DNA from: Ignicoccus islandicus DSM 13165
GTDB lineage: Archaea > Thermoproteota > Thermoprotei_A > Sulfolobales > Ignicoccaceae
DNA: 32,000 nucleotides
Assembly (NCBI RefSeq): GCF_001481685.1
Contig: NZ_CP006867.1
Span: 300,001 to 332,000 of the forward strand
Reading direction: 5' to 3'
Shown here piece by piece: positions 24,509-32,000 of the stretch (its first letter is position 1; each line of letters begins with the position of its first letter). The translations under genes and the position numbers were made by a program. The notes below the pieces were generated by a model. It did no database searches. It was not told the origin of the DNA and saw only the letters and a program-made list of their open reading frames with translations.

Positions 24509-24767
24509 TTACACCCGTAGTAACCTTTGCGATTACGCACTATCCCATGGAATTTCTCTGAAAAGAATCAGAACTTTCCTTCACAACCTTCGCGACATTA
24601 AATTATTGGAAACGCAGAGGCGCCCGTTTCCTATTAATAGATCAATTGCAAAATTATGGACTAATTACGTCCATTCTCGTTAAGGTGACCTCGTTCAAGC
24701 TAATTTGAAGTTTAGAGCGAAAAATTCGAGTGAACCGCGGGAAACGGGAGAACTAAGGTATTGAAAA

Positions 24768-27206
24768 TTACTCTATGTCGAATACCTTCTTACCGTACCT
24801 ACTTACGAAGTACTCCACGTTCTCATTGGATACACCAGTTCCGCCTTCCTTTTCTATGTTCCAATACGTTCTCAAGCACCTTCTCCCGAATTCCTTCAAG
24901 ACGGCCACTTGCTTCCTAAACTTTATTTTCGTCTCCTCTTCCACTTCCTCCCAATCTCTTCCTTGAAGAACCTTAGTTATTAAAGTGATCTTAGTGTCCT
25001 CGTCTATTTCCGGCCTCCATTTGCGCGGTTGCGACCAGTACGTTATTGCTAGGCGGTATATCAGGTCGCTAGCGGCTTCGAAAGTCATTGGGCCGTAGGA
25101 ATAGATCCACAACCTATCTACATCGACTGGATGAAGCTTCGGTTTCCTCAGACTCGGGTTAATTGGTATGGGGTCCGTCTCCAATATTAGTTTGGCTGCG
25201 TCCCATTCCAACGTCCTGTAATTTAAGTGAAGCGAAAGCAAGACCTTCCTTCTGAAAAGCCTGTTCGCTTCCAAGATCATCCATTTCAGCTTCGGCGTCA
25301 GAGGTTTGGCAACTAGTATTGTGAACTCACCGCTCGTTGGGTTCCTATCGGGGCTCATGTGAACCGGTAGGAAACCCGACCTAATCCAGAACTTCAAGAG
25401 CTTCTCTGTAACGCCGAAGCCAGAGGCTATCCAATCGTATCCCCTTTCCTTCGCCTCTTCGCTCGCCTTAGCCAAGGCGAACGTACCTATCCCCTTACCT
25501 TGGACTTCCGGATGGGTCGCGATCCTAACTACCCTCCAACCCCTCGTGAAGGCGAAGTCCCGAACCCTTAGGTGCTTGAGGAATCTATCTGGAATGATGT
25601 TGCCGGGAATCTTACCGCCTCTAAGTAAATCGTCTATCATGTCCTCGGGAATGGGGCCCTCCTCTGCGAGCTGGAGAGCCCCAACGACCTTTCCAGTATC
25701 GGTCGCGACAGCTCTAACGCTGTGGTGAGGGGCATCGGCTATCATTCCCAAGTCATCGGGTTCGTTCCTATAGTGAGCTAGAACGTATATTCCGAACAAG
25801 TTCCTGAGGAGGTCCTCCCCTTCCTTCGAAAACAACCACTTCGGATCCAACCTCAAGTACTTCAGTCTCCCCTCCTCGATCGCTTTAAGGTCCTCCTCGT
25901 CTAGCTTAGCTGGCTCTGCGTCTAGTAGCAATACGTCGTAGAGCCATCTCTCTACGGGATCTCCGGGAGCGTACCTTATGGGCTCATCCATCTTCACGTG
26001 CTTTATTTCGGTACCTTTATCGTTAAGTAGAGTTGGTAAGAACCTTACGTTGAACCCTCTACCAGCCCCTTCGTAGCCGTGAATTGTAGTCGCGTAAACG
26101 CTTCTCTTGTGATTCCTCCAAATCTTGTGAAGGACTGGAACCGGAACGCCAGCTGCCTCGTCTACTACGACTAGGTCAGCGTTCTTCTCCGCAGCCTTCA
26201 ATGGAGGCCAGTACTCTACGCTCCAACTCTCGCCGTGAACCTCGTATATCGTCCCGTCCCTTTCTATCTTCTTTGCCTTCATACCAATGGTTTCAGCTGC
26301 CTTCATTAGGAGCTTGAATAGCGTTTGAACGCCGAAGGGGTCGCCACTTGTTACTATTACCTTCACGAAACCGCTCTTCGATTTACTGAAGGCTTGAACG
26401 AAGCCTGCTAACGCTATCCCGAGGGCACCGCTCTTGCCTCTACCTCTATCAGCAGTGATTACGAGCACCCTGTGCTTCTTCTTCCTTCCCAACATCCACT
26501 CCATCGAATGTATCACTTCGACTTGGTCTTGGGTGAGAGCCAAAGCATACAACTTCTTAGGGAACCTTATTTCCTTGGGTATCTCTAATTCCTTCTTCTT
26601 ATACTTAGGACTTTCGAAGAGTTCTTGCTTTACCTTCTTGTCCTTATCTACGTGGTACACGTGAGATGGGTGCTCTAGTATCTTCCTCTTGAACCAAGTT
26701 ATGAAGACGTGCCTGGGTTGAGGATACTGCGGTACGCATAAGTTCTTTTTAAATATAGTCTCCCATTCGTCCCACTCTTCCCATGTCGGTACGAGAAGTA
26801 TTACTGGAGAGCCGCCCTCAACGACCTCGACTAGCCTTCCCACGTCATTGGGCTTTAAGTCCCTTGTAAGGTCAAGCACTATGCCTTGATAAGTGGTACC
26901 GAGGAGCTTGTTTGACTCCTCGTAGACCCTTATTTCGAGTTTGATTTTCTTTGCGTTCTCCTTTACGCTACCCTTCGCCACGTCCTTTATTTGACGAGCC
27001 TCGGGAAACTCATCGTGAAATACGTATAGGACCTTACCTTCACCAAGTCCCTTCTCTTCCCTCAATTTATCGTATAAGAGAAGAACTTTCGAAAGGGCCT
27101 CTCCTAACTTCTGGGGATCGTTACCCGAGAGAACTACGAGTCTCCTGTGCCTTCCTTCTATTGCGTTCTCCAAGTCTTCCTTCAATTTGTCCAGGAAAGC
27201 TTCCAT
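24768..27206 (-). CDS. tmcA: tRNA(Met) cytidine acetyltransferase TmcA (Nat10/Kre33 homologue)
   Basis: RHRRLVVLSG, Walker A ITADRGRGKSGALG, VVDEAAGVP, TTIHGYEGAGRGF and GNAT motif RIATHPEVQGKGIG. 812 aa. Confidence 0.9.
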   Translation of the reverse strand: MEAFLDKLKEDLENAIEGRHRRLVVLSGNDPQKLGEALSKVLLLYDKLREEKGLGEGKVLYVFHDEFPEARQIKDVAKGSVKENAKKIKLEIRVYEESNKLLGTTYQGIVLDLTRDLKPNDVGRLVEVVEGGSPVILLVPTWEEWDEWETIFKKNLCVPQYPQPRHVFITWFKRKILEHPSHVYHVDKDKKVKQELFESPKYKKKELEIPKEIRFPKKLYALALTQDQVEVIHSMEWMLGRKKKHRVLVITADRGRGKSGALGIALAGFVQAFSKSKSGFVKVIVTSGDPFGVQTLFKLLMKAAETIGMKAKKIERDGTIYEVHGESWSVEYWPPLKAAEKNADLVVVDEAAGVPVPVLHKIWRNHKRSVYATTIHGYEGAGRGFNVRFLPTLLNDKGTEIKHVKMDEPIRYAPGDPVERWLYDVLLLDAEPAKLDEEDLKAIEEGRLKYLRLDPKWLFSKEGEDLLRNLFGIYVLAHYRNEPDDLGMIADAPHHSVRAVATDTGKVVGALQLAEEGPIPEDMIDDLLRGGKIPGNIIPDRFLKHLRVRDFAFTRGWRVVRIATHPEVQGKGIGTFALAKASEEAKERGYDWIASGFGVTEKLLKFWIRSGFLPVHMSPDRNPTSGEFTILVAKPLTPKLKWMILEANRLFRRKVLLSLHLNYRTLEWDAAKLILETDPIPINPSLRKPKLHPVDVDRLWIYSYGPMTFEAASDLIYRLAITYWSQPRKWRPEIDEDTKITLITKVLQGRDWEEVEEETKIKFRKQVAVLKEFGRRCLRTYWNIEKEGGTGVSNENVEYFVSRYGKKVFDIE

Positions 27207-27720
27207 TATTTCTCCCTACTCCCCGTTTGCGGAGGAAGTTTTGAAAGAGAGGCGCTAGTAATGGGAGAACGGGTAAGTTGGAAGCAGTTACTAGGTAGGT
27301 AGAGCCCTCGGAAACGCACTGAGTAGTGGCAACTTGGATGGGAGCCAGTTCCATTAGCCCGCAAGGACAAGCGACAGTTACCGGAACCCGCCGGCATTCG
27401 CTGGAGCCTTCAATTAGGTACCCTTTCATGGTTACTCCGTTCTTTACGAAAGCGACTTCCCTTACAGTTAGCGTTTCCAAACACCCATTGGGGTCCACGG
27501 AGACCGTGGTCGTTGGCGCGAGAGTTGCGTTAATGGCTACTATTTTCACCTCGTACGCCATTGAAGGATGGATTCCAAGAACGAGGACAACGAGCCAGCA
27601 AGTAAGGCAACCACTGTGAAGTAGACGAAGGACATTGGATCTAAAGTAACCAAGAAGGAAGTTACAGCTAACGCCATACCTACAGAGAAAGCACATATCC
27701 CTCCCTTCGAAGTCGATCAC
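27121..27720 (-). CDS. Hypothetical Cys-rich, probably membrane-anchored or secreted protein; boundaries uncertain
   Basis: Hydrophobic segment CLTCWLVVLVLGI followed by a beta-rich, Cys-containing region. The listed 3' end overlaps the first 86 nt of tmcA on the same strand, so the true extent is unclear. Confidence 0.3.
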   Translation of the reverse strand: MIDFEGRDMCFLCRYGVSCNFLLGYFRSNVLRLLHSGCLTCWLVVLVLGIHPSMAYEVKIVAINATLAPTTTVSVDPNGCLETLTVREVAFVKNGVTMKGYLIEGSSECRRVPVTVACPCGLMELAPIQVATTQCVSEGSTYLVTASNLPVLPLLAPLFQNFLRKRGVGRNNGSFPGQIEGRLGERNRRKAQETRSSLG

Positions 27721-27742
27721 CCATTTGCGATGCGCTCGGCGT

Positions 27743-28243
27743 TTAACGATCTCTCGGACCGCCGAAACTAATCGATCTCCTCCGTAAGGGGGAGCCGCAC
27801 GCCGGGCATTCCCTTAGATGCCTCTCGAAAGTCCTACCGCAATTAGGGCAGTACCACACCCACTTCCTCCTTTCGCTTATACCCTTGGTCCTAACGGTCT
27901 TCCAAGGTATTCCGAGCTCCGAGGCTACGTTTAAGACGCCGTAATCGTCGCTCAGAAGCGTTGCTCTTAATTGGAGGGCGAGGGCTAAGACGGCCACGTC
28001 CGCATCTGAGAGGTTTTCTCCCAACTCTTCGGACTTCTCCTTTACTATTCTTAGAAACTTCGCCTCGGGTTCAACGACCTTTAACTTTTCAATATAGATA
28101 GAGAGGAAGTTCTTGCTCTCCTTATCCCTAACCTCCTTCAAGTTCAATGGAGTTGTATAGTTCTCACCGATAAGCAGAGATGGCGTTCCCGCTAAGAGGG
28201 ATCCAGTATCGTGTACGAACTTATTTCCCTTAGGTTTAAGCAA
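27743..28243 (-). CDS. nob1: Endoribonuclease Nob1 (PIN domain plus C-terminal zinc ribbon)
   Basis: FVHDTGSLL and LLSDDYGVLNVA are PIN acidic motifs. Zinc ribbon CPNCGRTF...CPACGSPL. 166 aa, as in archaeal Nob1. Confidence 0.75.
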   Translation of the reverse strand: MLKPKGNKFVHDTGSLLAGTPSLLIGENYTTPLNLKEVRDKESKNFLSIYIEKLKVVEPEAKFLRIVKEKSEELGENLSDADVAVLALALQLRATLLSDDYGVLNVASELGIPWKTVRTKGISERRKWVWYCPNCGRTFERHLRECPACGSPLRRRSISFGGPRDR

Positions 28244-28272
28244 TTTAGCCCTGAAGGGAACTTCTGAGGGGG

Positions 28273-28980
28273 ATGAATAAGTTGAAGTTCAAGCTAACGT
28301 ACCTAGGCCACTCCGCCTTTCACGTAGAGTATAACGGTAAGGGAATAGTTATTGATCCATGGATTGAGAACCCCCTCTCGCCCATGTCCTTAGACCAGTT
28401 CTTAGATAAGTTCCCAGTGGACCTAGTAGTTATAACTCACGCGCACGAGGACCACATTGGTAACGCCGAGGAAATTATGAGGAGGACCGGTGCTAAGTTC
28501 TTCGCAATCCACGAGATATTTGTGGATCTAACTAAGAAGGGCTTTGAAGGGGTAGGAGCTAATATCGGCGGACCAGCGAACTTGAGTTCAATAGTACCGG
28601 GACTATCCATTGCAATGACGCCGGCAACGCACTCGAGCTACGATAAAGGCGTTCCAACGGGAGTCATCTTGTTCTTCGATGGCGAAGCGGGACTCTACCA
28701 CGCAGGCGACACGGGCCTGTTCGCGGAGATGCAGTTCATAGGAGAACTATACGCGCCCAAGGTGGCGCTCTTACCCATTGGAGGCCACTATACGATGGAC
28801 ATAACTCAAGCCGTCTACGCAACTAAGATGCTCAAGCCTAAGGTCGTAGTGCCCATGCACTACGACACGTTCCCGCCAATAAAGGCCGATCCGAACGAGT
28901 TCAAGAAGAGGGTCGAAAGCGAAGGTTTGGCTCAAGTAAGGGTAATGAGACCGGGAGAAACAGAGGTATTCGAGTTTTGA
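28273..28980 (+). CDS. UPF0173-type metallo-beta-lactamase-fold hydrolase
   Basis: LTYLGHSAFHVE, VIDPWIENP and ITHAHEDHIG. Confidence 0.75.
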   Translation: MNKLKFKLTYLGHSAFHVEYNGKGIVIDPWIENPLSPMSLDQFLDKFPVDLVVITHAHEDHIGNAEEIMRRTGAKFFAIHEIFVDLTKKGFEGVGANIGGPANLSSIVPGLSIAMTPATHSSYDKGVPTGVILFFDGEAGLYHAGDTGLFAEMQFIGELYAPKVALLPIGGHYTMDITQAVYATKMLKPKVVVPMHYDTFPPIKADPNEFKKRVESEGLAQVRVMRPGETEVFEF

Positions 28981-29705
28981 TAGCGATTCTGGCGGGGGGT
29001 AAGGGGAAGAGGTACGGTAAAGATAAGCTCAACGAGCTGATAGATGGCAGAAGGGTAATAGAGAGGCTCCTCTCGGAGTTCCCTCAAGCAACGCTCATTA
29101 CTACCTCGGAAGAAAGGTGCAAGCTGTACTCCGCGATCCGTTGCGTCATAGATAACGGAGAGGGTCCGGCCGAAGCAATGAGGTCCTTGAGCGGAACGGT
29201 AACGTTCATACCCGGAGACATGCCCTTTGTTACGAAGGAAATGGTGGAGAAATTAGTTTCCTATAAGAACGTCTTCAAAGCGGACGTGGCCGTCCCAATA
29301 CACGCGGACGGGTTCATGGAATCGCTCTTCATTTCAGTTAACTTGGATGCTTTAGACTTAGAGAAGGTGAAAAGGAAGTTGGGTAGGCCACTGAGGGCTA
29401 CGGACTTTATCAGATTCGCTAATAGGCGCATCTTCGTTGGCTCGAAGCTCATCTCGCGCTTTCCAGTAAACTTTGCGCACCTTAATACGCCCCTCGATTT
29501 AAGGATTAGGTATTCCAAGTCTCCTTTAGGAGAGGAACTCCTCGTTCTAAACTCTCCATTTGAGCCGTGTGAAAGCATAGAGGAAGAACTGAAGACCTAT
29601 AGGAAATTGGGTTTGGTTCAATTAGAGACCCATGCAAGGAGAGATTTAGAGGTATGCAACCAAATATATACTTCTAGTACTACCCAAGCTAGGCGTCTGG
29701 ATTGA
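28977..29705 (+). CDS. mobA: MobA-like nucleotidyltransferase (molybdenum cofactor guanylyltransferase family) with a C-terminal extension
   Basis: IAILAGGKGKRYGKDKL, EGPAEAM and IPGDMPFV. The TTG start overlaps the upstream stop codon. Confidence 0.6.
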   Translation: MIAILAGGKGKRYGKDKLNELIDGRRVIERLLSEFPQATLITTSEERCKLYSAIRCVIDNGEGPAEAMRSLSGTVTFIPGDMPFVTKEMVEKLVSYKNVFKADVAVPIHADGFMESLFISVNLDALDLEKVKRKLGRPLRATDFIRFANRRIFVGSKLISRFPVNFAHLNTPLDLRIRYSKSPLGEELLVLNSPFEPCESIEEELKTYRKLGLVQLETHARRDLEVCNQIYTSSTTQARRLD

Positions 29706-31360
29706 GAAGGAGCGAGATATTTCTGAGGCCTGAATACGCGCCCCACAGGGCTCTCTGGAAGGCGTCCGGTTTAATAGAAGAAGAACTCAAGAGGCCTCTT
29801 ATTGGAATTGCAAACGCGTGGAACGAAATAGTTCCCGGTCACGTTCACTTGGACAAAGTAGCGGAAGCCGTCAAGGCCGGTGTAAGAATGGCCGGTGGTA
29901 CCCCCTTAGAGTTCGGTACCATAGCGGTCTGCGATGGAATAGCGATGGGTCACGAAGGAATGCGTTACTCGCTTCCTTCGAGGGAAGTGATAGCAGATAC
30001 CGTCGAAATAATGGTTGAAGCTCATAGGTTGGATGCAGTCGTAATGGTGACCAACTGCGACAAGATAACGCCGGGGTTCTTGCTGGCAGCTGCTAGGCTC
30101 GAGGTACCAGTTATACTCATAAACGGAGGACCAATGATGCCCGGAAGTTACGATCACCAAAGGATAGACTTCAAGGACTTAATGGAAAGAATGAACGTCT
30201 TGATAAAGGAAGGGAGAACAGAAGAGCTGAAGAAGTTAGAGGAGAGTGCGCTACCGGGTCCGGGGAGCTGCGCGGGCCTCTTCACTGCCAATACAATGAA
30301 CATGCTAAGTGAGGCCATGGGTATGATGCTACCTGGGGCCTCCACAGTTCCAGCTACTGAAGCTAGGAGAATATGGTACGCCAAATGGACGGGCATGAGA
30401 ATAGTGAAAATGATCGAAGAGGGTCTTACACCCGATAAGATACTCACTAGAAAGGCCCTAGAGAACGCTATAGCAGTTGATATGGCCCTGGGCGGTTCCA
30501 CGAACTCCGTACTTCACTTGGAAGCACTAGCCTACGAACTGGGAATAGACTTACCTTTAGAGGTGTTTGACGAGATCAGTAGGAAGGTACCCCATATAGC
30601 TTCCATATCGCCAGCAGGGAAGCACTTCGTTGTAGACTTGGATAGAGCCGGTGGAATTCCAGCGATATTAAAGGAACTCGGACTAAAGGGCTTGATACAC
30701 AAGGACGCGTTAACTGTTACAGGCAAGACCGTTTGGGAGAACGTAAGGAACGCCCAAGTGTTAGATAGGGAAGTCATAAGACCCTTGGACGACCCGTACC
30801 ATCCGTTCGGAGGCTTAGCCATTCTAAAGGGTTCCTTAGCTCCGAGGGGCGCCGTAGTGAAGGCCTCCGCAGTCGACAGGAAGCTGTGGAAGTTCAAGGG
30901 AGTAGCTAGAGTATTTGATGGCGAAGAGAAGGCGGTAGAGGCCATAAGATCTGGTAGGATCGAACCGGGAAGCGTGATCGTAATTCGCTACGAGGGACCC
31001 AAGGGAGGTCCCGGCATGAGGGAAATGTTGACTGCCACTGCAGCAGTAATGGCGCTCGGTCTCGGAGAAAGCGTTGCGCTCGTTACGGACGGTAGGTTCT
31101 CTGGGGCCACGAGAGGTCCGGCAATAGGTCACGTATCGCCGGAGGCGGCCGAAGGAGGTCCGATAGCTCTAGTTAGGGACGGCGACGAAATCGTGATAGA
31201 TATAGAGAACAGGAAACTCGACTTACTGGTCGACGAGAAGGAACTGGAGGAAAGGAGGAAGGAGTGGAAGCCTCTCAAGAAGCCACTAAGGAGGGGAGTG
31301 TTGAGGAGGTACGCGAAAATGGCGTTAAGCGCTGATAAAGGAGGAGCTTTGGAATATTGA
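29702..31360 (+). CDS. ilvD: Dihydroxy-acid dehydratase
   Basis: VTNCDKITPG, PGPGSCAGLFTANTMN, LITDGRFSG-like VTDGRFSGATRGPAIGHVSPEA. 552 aa. Confidence 0.92.
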   Translation: MRRSEIFLRPEYAPHRALWKASGLIEEELKRPLIGIANAWNEIVPGHVHLDKVAEAVKAGVRMAGGTPLEFGTIAVCDGIAMGHEGMRYSLPSREVIADTVEIMVEAHRLDAVVMVTNCDKITPGFLLAAARLEVPVILINGGPMMPGSYDHQRIDFKDLMERMNVLIKEGRTEELKKLEESALPGPGSCAGLFTANTMNMLSEAMGMMLPGASTVPATEARRIWYAKWTGMRIVKMIEEGLTPDKILTRKALENAIAVDMALGGSTNSVLHLEALAYELGIDLPLEVFDEISRKVPHIASISPAGKHFVVDLDRAGGIPAILKELGLKGLIHKDALTVTGKTVWENVRNAQVLDREVIRPLDDPYHPFGGLAILKGSLAPRGAVVKASAVDRKLWKFKGVARVFDGEEKAVEAIRSGRIEPGSVIVIRYEGPKGGPGMREMLTATAAVMALGLGESVALVTDGRFSGATRGPAIGHVSPEAAEGGPIALVRDGDEIVIDIENRKLDLLVDEKELEERRKEWKPLKKPLRRGVLRRYAKMALSADKGGALEY

Positions 31361-31370
31361 AAAATTAACT

Positions 31371-31691
31371 TTAACCGAAGAGGGCTCCCAAGCCGGCTGA
31401 GAGCTCCTCCTCGCTCACTTCCTCCTTCTTCTCTTCCTCTTCCTCCTTCTCTTCCTTCTTCTCCTCAGCAGCCGGAGCAGCTGCCGGGGCGGCTACTGGA
31501 GCTGCAGCCACTGGCAAGGCCGCGCTCTTCAATACCTCGTCAATGTTCACTTCCTTCAAGGCGGCTACCAATGCCTTTACCCTGGTCTCGTCCACTTGAA
31601 CTCCTGCCGCCTCTAGGACCTTCTTTATTGCCTCCTCGGTTATCTCCTTACCGGCGCTATGGAGCAAGAGGGAAGCGTATATGTACTCCAT
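31371..31691 (-). CDS. rpl12: Large-subunit ribosomal stalk protein P1 (archaeal L12)
   Basis: [21 protein letters not shown]-terminus, Ala/Pro hinge, acidic EEKKEE tail and the conserved C-terminal GLGALFG. Confidence 0.92.
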   Translation of the reverse strand: MEYIYASLLLHSAGKEITEEAIKKVLEAAGVQVDETRVKALVAALKEVNIDEVLKSAALPVAAAPVAAPAAAPAAEEKKEEKEEEEEKKEEVSEEELSAGLGALFG

Positions 31692-31858
31692 CGTTCCACC
31701 GACTGATAAAGGCAGATAGATGGATTAAAATGGGTTCCGCTTTATGCGTTGAGGCGTCAGATGGTTTGCTAACGCTCATCGTCTCGCTCTGGGACGGCCT
31801 CTTCATCCGCCAACTAGCGTTTGACCTCGGTATTATACTCTAGGCGTTTATTGAGTAA

Positions 31859-32000
31859 TTGGAAGCGGGAAAGTTGAAGCAATACGTAGTTAACGATCTC
31901 TCTAAATTAAGTAAAATATATATTGGTGAAGAATTGGATCCATTGGAACTGATAGATTTAGTGCCGGAAAGTTTAGAGAGGGCTAGGAACCTACTCGAGA
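31859..32000 (+). CDS. 5' end of an unidentified ORF running off the window
   Basis: Open from the stop at 31856-31858 to the window edge, with TTG candidates at 31859 and 31874. It reads KQYVVNDLSKLSKIYIGEELDPLELIDLVPESLERARNLLE. AT box TATTATAC upstream. Confidence 0.3.
   Translation, partial: MEAGKLKQYVVNDLSKLSKIYIGEELDPLELIDLVPESLERARNLLE

Noticed and set aside
24130-24540. 136-aa minus-strand ORF
   Set aside because: It is the translation of the CRISPR array. The periodic peptide repeats (FLFPIG..., YSLLG...) mirror the DNA repeats.
31380-31500. GAA/GAG-rich low-complexity DNA, as a repeat element
   Set aside because: It encodes the normal acidic EEKKEE tail and Ala/Pro hinge of ribosomal protein P1.
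31571-31843. 90-aa plus-strand ORF
   Set aside because: It is antisense to the P1 gene and its upstream region, with a Pro/Leu/Arg-rich shadow translation.

Overview
Archaeal chromosomal window, most likely a crenarchaeal/TACK-type thermophile. Supporting markers: ribosomal stalk protein P1, Nob1, TmcA, Taw3, a catalytic-only ThrRS, CRISPR repeats ending in GAAAG, many TTG/GTG starts and frequent AGG/AGA/ATA codons. About 23-32 kb of the window is ordinary housekeeping: cimA-like synthase, trpG-like amidotransferase, MFS and ClC transporters, ArgD/LysJ aminotransferase, thrS, taw3, purT, tmcA, nob1, ilvD and P1. The first ~9 kb looks accessory. It contains: (1) the 3' part of a type III-B cmr3 gene; (2) directly after its stop codon, a 1743-bp segment bracketed by 33-bp inverted repeats (31/33 identical, each with an internal hairpin), carrying one DUF3800-like ORF and a ~700-nt ORF-free structured arm; (3) a frameshifted beta-propeller gene; (4) tRNA-Gly(GCC), followed by decayed DUF4258-like and DUF2283-like toxin/antitoxin gene remnants; (5) a same-strand cluster encoding a 53-aa ORF, a Cys-rich 267-aa protein, a COG1533-type radical SAM enzyme, a 120-aa protein and a HerA-like ATPase. 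A six-repeat orphan CRISPR array with three repeat variants sits at 24.1-24.5 kb among housekeeping genes, about 23 kb from cmr3. An ~800-nt ORF-poor, relatively GC-rich gap at 18.5-19.3 kb is a candidate structured RNA or decayed element. All family calls come from motif recognition by eye; no database search was run.
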